Positions 24,556-35,563 are shown, counted from the whole stretch's first letter. The stretch: 60,360 nt of DNA, filler included, from 5 parts of 5 records of this genome joined end to end with filler, not necessarily neighbours in it; one strand, 5' to 3'. Translations and numbers: made by a program. Notes: generated by a model not told the origin, from the sequence alone.

Positions 24556-25767
24556 ATGAAAACCGTTTTCAAGATTTTGATTCCAGTGGTGATACTTGTC
24601 ATCTGCGGCATGATCAGCAAGTCCATTTTTGATTCCTTTGAGGAAGTCAAACGCCCAGCGCCACCGGCAGCGGTGAAGTTGGTACGCACGGACGTGGTCA
24701 GGCCATCAACCAACACCTTCCCTATCACTGCCTTTGGGAAACTGGTAAGCTCCAGCCCGGTGGACCTGATCAGCGAAGTTGAAGGCAGCCTGATGTCCGG
24801 CGACATTCGTTTTATTCCGGGCCAGAATTTCCGCGCGGGTGACGTGCTTCTGCGAATTGACGACCGCCAGGCGCAACTGAACCTGAACAGCAGCAAAAGT
24901 GACTTCCTGAATGCGCTGGCGACGGTTCTGCCGGAGATAAAAATTGACTTTCCGGATAAGTTTCCGGTCTGGGAGGCCTACTTCAATTCTTGCGGTTTTG
25001 ACTCTGAATTGGCTGAGTTGCCCGAAGTCAGGAACCAGAAAATTAAACTGTTTCTCTCGCGCTTTAACGTCTACAAACTCTACTTCTCAATCAAACGCCT
25101 GGAGATCGAAATTGAGAAACACTTCGTGCGTGCGCCGTTTAACGGCTCGATTACGAGCACGGATCTGCGCGTGGGTTCGCCGGTGCGAGCCGGCTCGCGC
25201 CTGGGACGCATCATCAGCCTGGATCAGGTAGAAGTTGAAGTAGCCGTGCCGGCTGAGAACGTGGCGGCGATTGATCGCTCAGAGCCTGTGCGGCTGACGT
25301 CGAGCGAAATGGACGGCGAGTGGACGGGGCGCATAACGCGCATCGGAACTGTACTTGACGAGCGTACACAATCGGTGCCGGTCTATGTTTCGCTGAGCGG
25401 CATGGACCGCCGCAAACTCTACGACGGCGTGTTCCTACGCGCGGAGTTCAGCGGTTCACCGATTGAAAACTCGGTCGTTGTGCCGCGCAAGGCGGTGTAT
25501 GAGAATCGGTATGTCTACACGGTGGACCAGGGCGTTTTGCGTGAAAGCCCGATTGAGATTGGACGCAGCCTGGATGAAAATCTGATCGTGCGCGGCGGAT
25601 TAAACGACGGCGATGTAATTGTAGTTGATGTGCTGCAGGGCGCTTTCGTGGGCATGCGCGTTAAAGCCATCACACCACAAAACGGCGCTGAAAATACAAG
25701 TACGCGTTCCGAGCCGCAAACGTCTGATCCCGCTGCGGAAACACAAACGGAGGACAAACAAGAATGA
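24556..25767 (+). CDS. RND efflux periplasmic adaptor (MFP) subunit
   Basis: N-terminal TM anchor, SEVEG lipoyl half, VRAPFNGSI, VVPRKAV; start placed at ATG 24556. Confidence 0.92.
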   Translation: MKTVFKILIPVVILVICGMISKSIFDSFEEVKRPAPPAAVKLVRTDVVRPSTNTFPITAFGKLVSSSPVDLISEVEGSLMSGDIRFIPGQNFRAGDVLLRIDDRQAQLNLNSSKSDFLNALATVLPEIKIDFPDKFPVWEAYFNSCGFDSELAELPEVRNQKIKLFLSRFNVYKLYFSIKRLEIEIEKHFVRAPFNGSITSTDLRVGSPVRAGSRLGRIISLDQVEVEVAVPAENVAAIDRSEPVRLTSSEMDGEWTGRITRIGTVLDERTQSVPVYVSLSGMDRRKLYDGVFLRAEFSGSPIENSVVVPRKAVYENRYVYTVDQGVLRESPIEIGRSLDENLIVRGGLNDGDVIVVDVLQGAFVGMRVKAITPQNGAENTSTRSEPQTSDPAAETQTEDKQE

Positions 25768-28700
25768 GAGCGATGATCACTCTGTTTGTTCGTTATCCAG
25801 TCCTGACAAACCTGCTGATGATCAGCGTGTTTGTCTTTGGCCTGATATCGCTGGCCGGCATGAAGTATGCCTTTTTCCCGGAAACACCGCCGAGTTTAAT
25901 CTTTGTGCAGGTGGCCTACCCCGGTGCTTCGCCCGAAGAAGTCGAAGAAGGTGTAGTTCTTAAAATTGAAGAAAATGTGGACGGCCTGGAAGGCGTGGAA
26001 CGCGTGACATCTGTCTCACGCGAAAATTCCGGTCAGGTCACAATTGAAATTCTCTCTGACGCCGAACTTGACAAGGTGCTGACGGATGTTAAGAATGCGG
26101 TGGACCGCATCAACTCCTTCCCCGTCGGCGCTGAGAAACCGGTGGTTTTTGAGCAGTCATTTCGCCGAAACGCTGCCTCGGTCGCGATCTACGGTGACGC
26201 CGACCTGGTTAACATGAAATACATCGTGGAAGACCTGCGCGACCGCATGCTCGCCAGTGACGCGATTTCACAGGTTGAAGTTTCGGGACTGCCAAACCTC
26301 GAGTTCTCAATCGAAGTGTCCGAAGCCGACCTGCAGCGTTTTAACCTGACATTCACTGAGATTTCGCGCGCGATTGCAGCCTCAAATATTAACATCTCAG
26401 GCGGAAAGTTTGAAACACGCGAAGAAGAGATTTTGATTCGCGCGCGTGGCCGCAATTATTATGCCTCTGAACTCTCCCAAATTGTCGTGCGCGCCAACCC
26501 CGACGGCACGGTTGTGCGTCTGGAAGACGTAGCCGAACTTAAGGAGCGTTGGGAAGACGTGCCCGACCGCACGCGCTACAATCAGCGTACGGCAATCGTG
26601 CTTAACGTCTCCAAGACTCAAACCGAAGACATCATTGAAATTGTAGAACAGGTCAAAGACCTGGTAGAAGATTTTAATGCCGTCAACGCGGTAGTGCAGG
26701 CTGAGGTGATCGACGACCAGACGATCAGTTTAACCCAACGTGTGGACCTGCTGATAAGCAGTGGACTGCAGGGACTGATTTACGTGATCATTGCGCTGGC
26801 ATTCTTTATGAATCTGCGCATCGCCGGCTGGGTCTCGGTCGGGATTCCATTCTCCTTCGCGGGCATGTTCATCGTCGCCTATCTGAGCGGGCTGACGATC
26901 AATGTGATTTCGACTTTCGGTATGATCATTGTGATCGGGATATTAGTCGATGATGCGATCGTTGTCGGTGAGAATATTTACGCCAAGTTTGAGAAAGGAC
27001 TGCCGCCCTACCGCGCTGCAATTGAAGGCACGATGGAGGTTGTGGGACCGGTGACGACGTCTATCGTCACCACGGTTCTGGCATTTATGCCCTTTTTCTT
27101 TCTGGATGGTTTCCTGGGCAAGTTCATTTGGCACATGGCGCTGGTGGTTATCGCATCACTCCTGTTCTCACTTGTTGAAGCCTTCTTTATTCTGCCGGGT
27201 CACCTGGCACATTCCAAGGGCCTACGGCCACATGCGCAGGACGGCACCGTTCGCAAGGCAATTGAGAACTTCATTGATAAGTTTACGAACAAGTTTTATG
27301 CGCCGATCTTGCGCTTCAGCATTAACTGGCGTTATTCGATAGTAATTGCGCCGATTGGTCTGTTTATCATTACGATCGCCCTGATGGGCACCGGTGTGAT
27401 CCGTGCGACCTTTTTCCCGAATATCGACGGCGATAATATGCCCGTTAATATTTCGCTGGTAGAAGGGCGCCAGGAAAAAGACACAGATTCAATCCTGACA
27501 ATGATTGAGGCAGCTGCCTGGAAACTCAACGAAGAGTTAAAAGCCGAACGCGCTGATGGCCAGGACGTCATCATTGGCGCACGCCTGGACGTCGGCAGCA
27601 ATGACTTTGGCGAAACCGGCAGCCACACCGGCAAACTTAACCTTCTGCTGCTCGACGGTGAACAGCGCGACATGGAATCGACGGTGATAGCTGCGCAGCT
27701 GCGCCAGGCTGTTGGCCCCCTGCCGGATGTGCAGAACATTTCTTATGGACGCACAAGTTTCTTCGGCAAACCGATTGCCGTCAGTCTGCTGGGCACAAAT
27801 CCGGATGAGTTAAACCAGGCGCGCAACAAACTCAAAGCTGAGCTTGAGAAAATGCCTGAGCTTAAAGATATTACGGAAACGGGCCGCGACGGACGCCGTG
27901 AAATTGACATTTCACTCAAGCCACGCGCATATGCGCTCGGTTTAACATTAAGCGATGTGGCCGGCCAGGTACGGCAGGGTTTCTTTGGTGAAGAAGTCCA
28001 GCGGATTCAACGCGGCCGCGACGAAATCCGCGTGTGGGTGCGTTATAACAATGAGGATCGCGCTTCGCTTGGATTTATCGACCGCATGCGGATTCGCACC
28101 GCCGACGGCGCCGAATATCCCTTCTCCGAACTCGCCAGTTACTCGCTGGAACGCGGTGTAAGTCAAATCAACCGCCTCAACCGCATGCGCGAGGTAAAAG
28201 TTGATGCTTCGCTCGCCGATGTTAACGATGACCTGCCGCCAATTCTAGCCAAGGTGCGCGATGAAATTGTTCCCGCCGTTTTGGCCGGAACTCCCGGTGT
28301 TCGCGCTTCCTTTGAAGGCCAGAGCCGCGACCGCAACAAACAGTTTGCATCGATGCAGCGCGCCTTTCCGCTGGCATTTGTAGCCATCTTCCTGATAATC
28401 GTGATTGTCTTCCGTTCGGCCTGGCAAGCACTGCTGGTTATGTCCCTGATTCCCTTTGGAATTCTGGGAGCCATCTGGGGGCACCACGTCTTTGGCATCC
28501 AGCTTAACGTACTCTCCATCTACGGGATCATCGCGCTCTCGGGGATTATTGTTAACGATAGTATTGTCCTGATCGATAAAATTAACCGCAATGTGCGTGA
28601 CGGCATGAAGGTCCGCGATGCGGTCTACAATGCCGGCCTGGCGCGTTTGCGACCGATTTTGTTAACAACAATCACGACCTCACTTGGATTGGCGCCGATT

Positions 28701-29063
28701 ATTCTGGAGAAGAGCCGCCAGGCACAGTTCCTGATTCCAATGGCCGTTTCAGTGGCTTTTGGTTTGGTCTTCGGCACCTTGATTCTCCTGCTAATTCTGC
28801 CTTCCGGCTTCGTGATTCTCAACGAGCTGCGCTACAGCTTCTCGCGCTTCTGGAACTGGGTCTACGACGGCCGCACGCCCACGCATGAGTCGGTAGAGCC
28901 TGCAATGCGCGAGGTAGAAGACTACGCCGCCATGCAAGCTGAAATCGGCGCCTCTGCAGACGCTGCAGCTGATGAATCTGCAGTGGCACAGCAGAACGCG
29001 AATGCAGGCGGCAGCCCGGGCCTTCCACCGGGAGCCAGTCAGCAGAATGAGGAGGCACGCTAA
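25764..29063 (+). CDS. RND efflux permease, AcrB/AcrD/AcrF family
   Basis: YPGASPEEVE, GILVDDAIVVGENI, GIIVNDSIV, RLRPILLTT. Confidence 0.96.
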   Translation: MRAMITLFVRYPVLTNLLMISVFVFGLISLAGMKYAFFPETPPSLIFVQVAYPGASPEEVEEGVVLKIEENVDGLEGVERVTSVSRENSGQVTIEILSDAELDKVLTDVKNAVDRINSFPVGAEKPVVFEQSFRRNAASVAIYGDADLVNMKYIVEDLRDRMLASDAISQVEVSGLPNLEFSIEVSEADLQRFNLTFTEISRAIAASNINISGGKFETREEEILIRARGRNYYASELSQIVVRANPDGTVVRLEDVAELKERWEDVPDRTRYNQRTAIVLNVSKTQTEDIIEIVEQVKDLVEDFNAVNAVVQAEVIDDQTISLTQRVDLLISSGLQGLIYVIIALAFFMNLRIAGWVSVGIPFSFAGMFIVAYLSGLTINVISTFGMIIVIGILVDDAIVVGENIYAKFEKGLPPYRAAIEGTMEVVGPVTTSIVTTVLAFMPFFFLDGFLGKFIWHMALVVIASLLFSLVEAFFILPGHLAHSKGLRPHAQDGTVRKAIENFIDKFTNKFYAPILRFSINWRYSIVIAPIGLFIITIALMGTGVIRATFFPNIDGDNMPVNISLVEGRQEKDTDSILTMIEAAAWKLNEELKAERADGQDVIIGARLDVGSNDFGETGSHTGKLNLLLLDGEQRDMESTVIAAQLRQAVGPLPDVQNISYGRTSFFGKPIAVSLLGTNPDELNQARNKLKAELEKMPELKDITETGRDGRREIDISLKPRAYALGLTLSDVAGQVRQGFFGEEVQRIQRGRDEIRVWVRYNNEDRASLGFIDRMRIRTADGAEYPFSELASYSLERGVSQINRLNRMREVKVDASLADVNDDLPPILAKVRDEIVPAVLAGTPGVRASFEGQSRDRNKQFASMQRAFPLAFVAIFLIIVIVFRSAWQALLVMSLIPFGILGAIWGHHVFGIQLNVLSIYGIIALSGIIVNDSIVLIDKINRNVRDGMKVRDAVYNAGLARLRPILLTTITTSLGLAPIILEKSRQAQFLIPMAVSVAFGLVFGTLILLLILPSGFVILNELRYSFSRFWNWVYDGRTPTHESVEPAMREVEDYAAMQAEIGASADAAADESAVAQQNANAGGSPGLPPGASQQNEEAR

Positions 29064-29064
29064 G

Positions 29065-30423
29065 ATGTTAACACAACCCAAATTTGACAAGGCTGCTTTG
29101 AAGACGCTCGTTTTTCTTTTGTTTGTGTTTGGCTGCGGCACGCCGCTCCTGGCTGCCGACACACTCTTGCCGACTGAGGCAATTCGAATTGGCCTGCAGA
29201 ACAACTTTGACGTGCGCATTCAGCGCAATCAGGATACGCTGGCCTCCAACAATCGCGGCCTGGGGCGCGCCGGATTCCTGCCGACGATCGACGCTACGGC
29301 CTCTGCAGAGCTCTCGACGAGTGACCAGGAAGCCAACGTTGATTTCCGCAGTTCGGTTACCGACGTGACCAACTTGCGTGCACAGCTGGCGCTCGACTGG
29401 ACGCTGTTCGACGGCTTCCGCATGTTTATTAACAACGAGCGTTTTGATCAACTGCAAATTCTGAGCCGGCAACGCACGCGTGACCTGCTTGAGAACCAGG
29501 CCGTCGCGATCCTGCAGCAGTACTATCAGATTGTCAGCCGCCAGGCGCTGTATGCCGTCGCACTCGAATCGCGTGACATTTCCGCTGCGCGTTTTGAGCG
29601 CGAAAAAGTGCGCAACGACCTGGGTGGAGTCACGTCCAGCCAGCTCTACAATGCCGAGGTGGCGTTTAACAACGATCGCTCGCGGGTGCTCGAAAACGAG
29701 CTGGCATTGGCGATTGCCAAAAAAGAGTTAAACGTTTTACTTGGGCGCGCGCCCGAACTGGAGTTTGCCGTTTTGGACCCGCAGACACCTGCGCCCCTGA
29801 CCGAATCGCTGGATGAAATTTTAAACATGGCACGTACGCGCAACAGTCAGCTTGGCATTGCACGCCAAACAATTGCACTTGCGGAGCAGGATGTACAGCT
29901 GGCGCAGGCCGCATATTACCCGCGTTTAGCGCTGAGTGCTTCGTATGCCTGGTCGGATCGCGAGTCAACTTCGGACAATCCCCTACCCTTTCCGGGTGCG
30001 GTCGCTACCGAAGAGATTACAACTCTGGATGGCCGCGTGGCACTTAACCTGAGCTACAATTTGTTTAACGGTTTCCGCGATGACATCCAGCAACAAAATG
30101 CGGTGATTGAACGACACAACGCCGAACTTGCGCTGGAGCAGACCCAGATCCGCATAGAAGGTTTGGTACGCGAACTGTTCCTGACCTACAGCAAACGCGT
30201 GGAGCTGGTGCAGCTGGAAGAAGAAAATCTTGCAGCAGCGCAGCGTTATCTGGACATCCAACAAGACCGCAATCGCCTCGGCTTAAGTACTTCGCTCGAA
30301 TTCCGCGATGCGCAGGTTAACATTGTTAACGTGCAGAACACGCTGATTACGGCACGTTATCAGGCACTGATTAGTCGCGCGCGCCTCGAACAGCTGCTCG
30401 GCGGCATCTCAATCGACCAGTAG
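29065..30423 (+). CDS. TolC-family outer membrane efflux protein
   Basis: Signal peptide, two OEP repeats (FLPTID..WTLFDGF; YYPRL..YNLFNGF); start placed at ATG 29065. Confidence 0.92.
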   Translation: MLTQPKFDKAALKTLVFLLFVFGCGTPLLAADTLLPTEAIRIGLQNNFDVRIQRNQDTLASNNRGLGRAGFLPTIDATASAELSTSDQEANVDFRSSVTDVTNLRAQLALDWTLFDGFRMFINNERFDQLQILSRQRTRDLLENQAVAILQQYYQIVSRQALYAVALESRDISAARFEREKVRNDLGGVTSSQLYNAEVAFNNDRSRVLENELALAIAKKELNVLLGRAPELEFAVLDPQTPAPLTESLDEILNMARTRNSQLGIARQTIALAEQDVQLAQAAYYPRLALSASYAWSDRESTSDNPLPFPGAVATEEITTLDGRVALNLSYNLFNGFRDDIQQQNAVIERHNAELALEQTQIRIEGLVRELFLTYSKRVELVQLEEENLAAAQRYLDIQQDRNRLGLSTSLEFRDAQVNIVNVQNTLITARYQALISRARLEQLLGGISIDQ

Positions 30424-30463
30424 TTTTTGACTCAGATTCACAATTCCGGACAGCGCCAGGCTA

Positions 30464-31633
30464 ATGGCAGAATTGCATCCGTTTAACCAACACCGCCGCA
30501 TCGATATTGTTGTGGCACTGACGCTGTTTATCGACATGGTCGTGTACAGCATTGTCATTCCAATTCTGCCGGCACAGGCCAAACTCTACGGCGCCGGCGA
30601 GGGCATGGTTGGTCTGCTGTTTGCCATGTACGCGCTGACATTGTTTATAGCGGCGCCATTTGCAGGGAAAATGGCCGACAAAATTGGACGGCGGACGCCA
30701 ACAATTCTGGGCCTGATTCTTTTAACATTTGGCACGGTGTTGTACGCAATCGCGGATCAATACTGGTTGTTAATTGCTGCGCGCGCACTGCAGGGTCTGG
30801 CAGCTGCGGCGACCTGGTCGGCAGGATTGGCGCTGGCTGCGGATGTTCATCCGTCCAACGAACGCGGCGCGGTCCTGGGCACGTTGCTTTCGGTGGCTTC
30901 GTCGGGTTTTCTGCTGGGGCCGCCGCTGGGCGCATGGTTACTGGATTTGGGTGGTTATTCGCTGCCTTTCATAGTGCTGAGTGTTGTGTTGATTGTTAAC
31001 ATTCTGGCCTGGGTATTTATTATTCGCGAGCCGGAACGCGTGGATGAACCCTCGCCCTCACTTAAACCATTATTACATGACAAACGCGCCTTGAGTCTGC
31101 TGGTAATTGTTGGTGGCGGCATCGCCATGATCACAATGATTGAACCAACACTTCCACTTTTTGCCGCAGAAGTGTTTAAGGCCACACCGGGAGAAATCGC
31201 CTGGTTATTTGTGGTTATCAGCGTTTTTACGATGATTGTTAATCCCATTGCCGGCCGACTCTCGGATCGCGTGCCGCGCAAACGCATTATTATTTCGGGT
31301 GCTATCGGCACGATTCTGCTATTTCCATTGATTGCTCTGGAATTTTCGCTGTTTACAAGTGGGCTTGTGCTGGCGCTGTTCGGCATTGCTTTCGCGTTTT
31401 ATTTTGCACCGACTTTACCGGCTTTGACGGACATTGCTGAGGAACACAAGATAGGATATGCCGGAGCTTTTGCGGCGTTTAATGTTGCCTACGCCGCCGG
31501 TACTTCCGTCGGCCCGCTCACGGGTGGATTTTTGATGCAGTGGACCAGTTTTGCCTGGGCTCTAATTGGCATGGCTGCTGTGGCCGCAACAAGCACGCTG
31601 TTTTATATCTGGGCGCTGCGTTCCAGGTCTTAA
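30464..31633 (+). CDS. MFS transporter (DHA1 / vesicular-amine-transporter-like)
   Basis: About 12 TM segments; motif A GKMADKIGRR and GRLSDRVPRK; ARALQG. Confidence 0.92.
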   Translation: MAELHPFNQHRRIDIVVALTLFIDMVVYSIVIPILPAQAKLYGAGEGMVGLLFAMYALTLFIAAPFAGKMADKIGRRTPTILGLILLTFGTVLYAIADQYWLLIAARALQGLAAAATWSAGLALAADVHPSNERGAVLGTLLSVASSGFLLGPPLGAWLLDLGGYSLPFIVLSVVLIVNILAWVFIIREPERVDEPSPSLKPLLHDKRALSLLVIVGGGIAMITMIEPTLPLFAAEVFKATPGEIAWLFVVISVFTMIVNPIAGRLSDRVPRKRIIISGAIGTILLFPLIALEFSLFTSGLVLALFGIAFAFYFAPTLPALTDIAEEHKIGYAGAFAAFNVAYAAGTSVGPLTGGFLMQWTSFAWALIGMAAVAATSTLFYIWALRSRS

Positions 31634-32123
31634 ACAAGTATGTATTTTTTGCTTGAGAAGTTTTTGGATTGTGGGACTATTGATTTGTGACGCTCTTGGC
31701 CTGGTGTCCGGCTGGGAATGTAGTTTCGGGGATATGATCGCTTCGCCCCATAAGAATGTGGCTTGCTGTTTACTTTTGTTTGGCATTGGGCCGGAAATTA
31801 ACAGATACCGAGGCTAAATGCTTTTTGCCGCAGAGTCTCAGGCACTTCAGTCGGGAGTCCGGGAAGCGGGCCCAAGGCTGCCCGAGACCGTGCCTACATG
31901 CGTATCACATTCAAGACATAAATCTCGCACGCAAAAATGGATCAGGCGGACAGTTTGTTATGCCTTTTTTGATGTTTGTAGGCAGGCATCAACTCAATTG
32001 TTTAGAGATGCCGAGCATGGGTAGAAAACAAGTTAAAAACGTTGAATGGGCAGGAATTAATATTCAGCGGGCATTTGATCGGGAAAATCGCATCAAAAAA
32101 TGCATTCAGATTTTTCTCCTACC

Positions 32124-32148
32124 GGGTCGAGCCCTAAGGGCTCGACCC
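32124..32148. repeat. Perfect palindrome GGGTCGAGCCC-TAA-GGGCTCGACCC at contig end (REP-like)
   Basis: 11-bp perfect inverted repeat with a 3-nt loop. Confidence 0.7.
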
Positions 32149-32248
32149 NNNNNNNNNNNNNNNNNNNNNNNNNNNNNNNNNNNNNNNNNNNNTTAATTAA
32201 TTAANNNNNNNNNNNNNNNNNNNNNNNNNNNNNNNNNNNNNNNNNNNN
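32149..32248. other. Artificial contig spacer
   Basis: N44-TTAATTAATTAA-N44. Confidence 0.98.
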
Positions 32249-32526
32249 CAATGCAATGCGCCGCAATTAGTTTAGCCTAACATCTGATCCTGTCATCCAC
32301 AAACCGGACCAGCCTCACTAAAAAATCGATAAGCTGCGCCAAAAACTGTTTGTGGATCAGATATTTAACAAATGGTGGCCGGCTCAAATTCAGTAGACTT
32401 TGGCAACACCTACAAACAAAAGAAAAAAGCCAGCCCCTTTGCCCCCCCCCCCAAAAAAAAATAAAAAAGAAAAAGAAAGGGGCGCAGCGCTCATGCCGTC
32501 AGGTCGTGTTTAACCAGCCACGACTA

Positions 32527-33099
32527 TCAACTACCGAGCCCATCCATAACACCTTCCATGAGTTTCTTCAGTGCCTCATCCGTAACAATCTTACCCATCG
32601 ATGTTTTGAATCTGAGTGTGCCGTCGAGTTTGGCTGCCTGTTTGATGCCGCTAACGTCGCCGTCAAGTGTGATCTTATCGAGCATGTTTAAGTGTGCAAG
32701 TTTGCGAATCAGATATTGTGCACTGCGCTCGCTAAATCTGTAGCTGCTGCTTAAATCAATTGAAGTGCCTGCGCCATAGACCTTTAAACCCATCGGATGC
32801 AGTTTAAGTTTGTAGATGTCCTCAAACGCAATTGTTTTACTGCGAATCTTCCACTGACTGACTGAGTCAGTATTTAAGCCCATCGAAAAAGCAAAGGACA
32901 AGGCAAACACTATGGCCAAAACGCCAGTAATTGAGCCGAAAACAATTGTGGCATTTAAATTGTCGTGTGACCAGACAGCATTTGTTAACAGGGTAGTCAA
33001 AAGTAAAAGTAATCCGTTAATCACGCGCGCGCTGGTTTTAACGCGCAGTTGTACCAGATTCCTGGATTTCTGCCTGCGTCGGGATTCCTTGTTTCGCAT
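32527..33099 (-). CDS. Hypothetical membrane protein (2 TM plus soluble domain), paralog of 33193-33672
   Basis: Two hydrophobic helices; shares the YR..A..LIR.LA...L..I.L.G...I.QAA pattern with its neighbour. Confidence 0.7.
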   Translation of the reverse strand: MRNKESRRRQKSRNLVQLRVKTSARVINGLLLLLTTLLTNAVWSHDNLNATIVFGSITGVLAIVFALSFAFSMGLNTDSVSQWKIRSKTIAFEDIYKLKLHPMGLKVYGAGTSIDLSSSYRFSERSAQYLIRKLAHLNMLDKITLDGDVSGIKQAAKLDGTLRFKTSMGKIVTDEALKKLMEGVMDGLGS

Positions 33100-33192
33100 G
33101 TTAAATCATCCAATTAAAACTGTGTGATCCTGTCATAAAAATTGCTCCGGGCCCAGACGTTCACACAAGGCGCTGCACTGGAACTTTGGTGT

Positions 33193-33672
33193 TCACGAAT
33201 CTTCGCCGTGGAGTTTGTCGAATGCAAGTTCAAACAGGCTCGCCGGAAAGGGGACTCCGCTGCCGATATGTAGCTTGCGTCCGGGCTGCGCCGCCTGTAA
33301 TATCGAGTGTGTTTCGCCTTTTAACTCAATCTGGCTCAGCCGTTTTACCTTTGCCAGATTGCGGATTAAAGTCGCCGCAGCGGTGCTGCCATCGCGATAA
33401 GCGCCACTGATTGTGATTGGCTTGCCCTGTGAGTGTTTAACAGTTAGACCGGCGTACCCAAGCTGCAATTCCGTGATCTTGTTTAACTCGATCGATCGCG
33501 TCCGCAAGCCATGCAGGACTATTCCAGCGTCGGTTAACTCCAACTGTAATTGAGCAAAATACCAGATGCCCATCAATGGCAAAACCAGGGAAACAGAAAA
33601 GCCAAGCGAAACCGCCATCTCTCCGTCAATGAAGCTCCAACCCGCCAGCAAACACAGGAATGCCGCACTCAT
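33193..33672 (-). CDS. Hypothetical membrane protein (2 TM plus soluble domain), paralog of 32527-33099
   Basis: Same shared pattern; start uncertain. Confidence 0.7.
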   Translation of the reverse strand: MSAAFLCLLAGWSFIDGEMAVSLGFSVSLVLPLMGIWYFAQLQLELTDAGIVLHGLRTRSIELNKITELQLGYAGLTVKHSQGKPITISGAYRDGSTAAATLIRNLAKVKRLSQIELKGETHSILQAAQPGRKLHIGSGVPFPASLFELAFDKLHGEDS

Positions 33673-33793
33673 CTTCAGGATGGATGCAAAGCTCTTTTTA
33701 AGAGGGAACTGTTGGGTGCCGCTCTGCCGATCGTTATGTGTGTCCCTGTTGTTAACTGGCGGTCCTTCTCAAAACTTGCGGACAAGGTAAAAC

Positions 33794-35551
33794 TTACATC
33801 CGCGAAATTTCTTCCTGCAGCAGCTGTTTCTGGTACATGTCCGCATACAAGCCGTTCCTCTCCAGAAGGGCCGCGTGATCGCCGATTTCAGCGACTTTGC
33901 CATGCTGCAGCACAATGATTTTATCGGCGTTTTTAACCGACGAAATCCGGTGCGCAATGATAATGCTTGTGCGGTCGCGCACTACTTCATCCAGGCCGCG
34001 TAGAATCCGCTCCTCCGTATTGGTATCAACGGCCGAAAGTGCGTCGTCAAATATTAAAACCTTGGGTTTGCGGATGACCGCGCGCGCTATCGAAGTCCGC
34101 TGCTTTTGTCCACCCGAAAGGGTAATTCCACGTTCACCAACCAGCGTTGAATATCCATCGCGGAACTGCGTGACCTCGTCGTGCAACTGCGCAATTTCAG
34201 ACGCCTGCATCACATCGTCATCACTTGCATCCGGCTGCCCAAAACGAATATTTTCTTTTATAGTTGTTGAAAACAGGAACGACTCCTGCGGCACCACCGC
34301 AATGTTCGTGCGCAAAACCTCAAGCGGATAGTCGCGCACATCCTGGCCGCCAACCAGTACCTGCCCCTGGCTGACATCGTACAGCCGCGTCAGCAATCGA
34401 ATCAGCGTCGATTTGCCGCTGCCCGTAGCACCCACAATTCCGAGCGTCTGGCCCGCATCCAGCTTAAAGTTAACATTCTGCAAAACCGTTTCTGTGTCGG
34501 TTTGATACGCGAAACTCACATCGCGGAACTCAATGCTGCCCAGCTTGTCAGCTTCCGCAGAATTGCTGCCCGTACCATCCTGAATATCAACTTCCAGATC
34601 AAAGATTTTGCCAAGACGTCCCATCGAGGCCGAGGCGCGCTGAATGATATTGATAACCCAGCCAATCGAAATTACCGGCCAGATCAGGAAGGTGACGTAC
34701 ATAAAAAACTGCGTAACCTCACCAATTGTGGCCTGACCATTGATGACCATTTCACCGCCGACATATAAAATGATAACCGAGGCGGTTCCAATCAGGACGA
34801 TCATCGACGGCATCATCAAGGCCTGAATCTTGATCAGCGATAGATTGCGTTTTAAGTATTCTTTACTCTGTTTCGCAAAATCCTGCGACTCGTAACCCTC
34901 GCGAGTAAACGAACGCACAACACGCACACCCGAGAGATTCTCCTGTGTTGTGGTTGTTAACGTTCCGTATTGTTCCTGAACGCGGCGGAAAAGCACATGT
35001 ACTTTGCGGCCAACCAGATACGTGACCAGCGAAACCAGCGGTAGGGGAATCAGCGTGTATAAAGTCAGGGTTGGGCTGACGATTAACATCATGACAATCG
35101 CAAACAGGCCACGCGTTAGCGTATTGGCCGAATACATAATCGCCGGGCCCAGAAATTCGCGCGTTGCCGAGATATCATTGGTACCCAGCGCCATCAGCTC
35201 GCCGGTCGAAGTTTTTTGAATCTCACGCATCGGCAGCGTTTCCAACTTGGCCAGCAGGTCGCGCCGTAATTCGTACTCAATCCGTCGCGAGGCAACAATA
35301 ATGGTTTTGCGCGTGTAAAACATAAACACGCCGGCTATCGCCGCAGATGCCAGAAAGTAACCCACGTACAACAAGACATTGCTGTATTCTCCGTGGCCAA
35401 ACTGCTCACTCTGCACCAGGTCAATCGTTTCGCCAATCAGCCGTGGACCAATAATCGCAGCTACATTGGAGAGCGTAACAAACACAAAACCAAATAGAAT
35501 GATCCTGGAATGTCGTTTGAGGTAGGGTATCAGCCGGCGAAGTTCTTGCAT
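33794..35551 (-). CDS. ABC exporter, fused permease and ATPase (MdlA/MsbA-like)
   Basis: 6-TM domain, Walker A GATGSGKS, signature LSGGQ, LIFDDALSAVD. Confidence 0.95.
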   Translation of the reverse strand: MQELRRLIPYLKRHSRIILFGFVFVTLSNVAAIIGPRLIGETIDLVQSEQFGHGEYSNVLLYVGYFLASAAIAGVFMFYTRKTIIVASRRIEYELRRDLLAKLETLPMREIQKTSTGELMALGTNDISATREFLGPAIMYSANTLTRGLFAIVMMLIVSPTLTLYTLIPLPLVSLVTYLVGRKVHVLFRRVQEQYGTLTTTTQENLSGVRVVRSFTREGYESQDFAKQSKEYLKRNLSLIKIQALMMPSMIVLIGTASVIILYVGGEMVINGQATIGEVTQFFMYVTFLIWPVISIGWVINIIQRASASMGRLGKIFDLEVDIQDGTGSNSAEADKLGSIEFRDVSFAYQTDTETVLQNVNFKLDAGQTLGIVGATGSGKSTLIRLLTRLYDVSQGQVLVGGQDVRDYPLEVLRTNIAVVPQESFLFSTTIKENIRFGQPDASDDDVMQASEIAQLHDEVTQFRDGYSTLVGERGITLSGGQKQRTSIARAVIRKPKVLIFDDALSAVDTNTEERILRGLDEVVRDRTSIIIAHRISSVKNADKIIVLQHGKVAEIGDHAALLERNGLYADMYQKQLLQEEISRM

Positions 35552-35555
35552 AGGG

Positions 35556-35563
35556 GCAAATTA
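35556..35563 (-). promoter_or_regulatory. Bacteroidota-type -7 promoter box TAATTTGC
   Basis: Ends 4 nt before the ABC exporter ATG. Confidence 0.4.

Noticed and set aside
32442-32477. Poly-C/poly-A tract as a phase-variation site
   Set aside because: It lies downstream of a gene in terminator-like DNA near a contig start; homopolymer error or low complexity is more likely.
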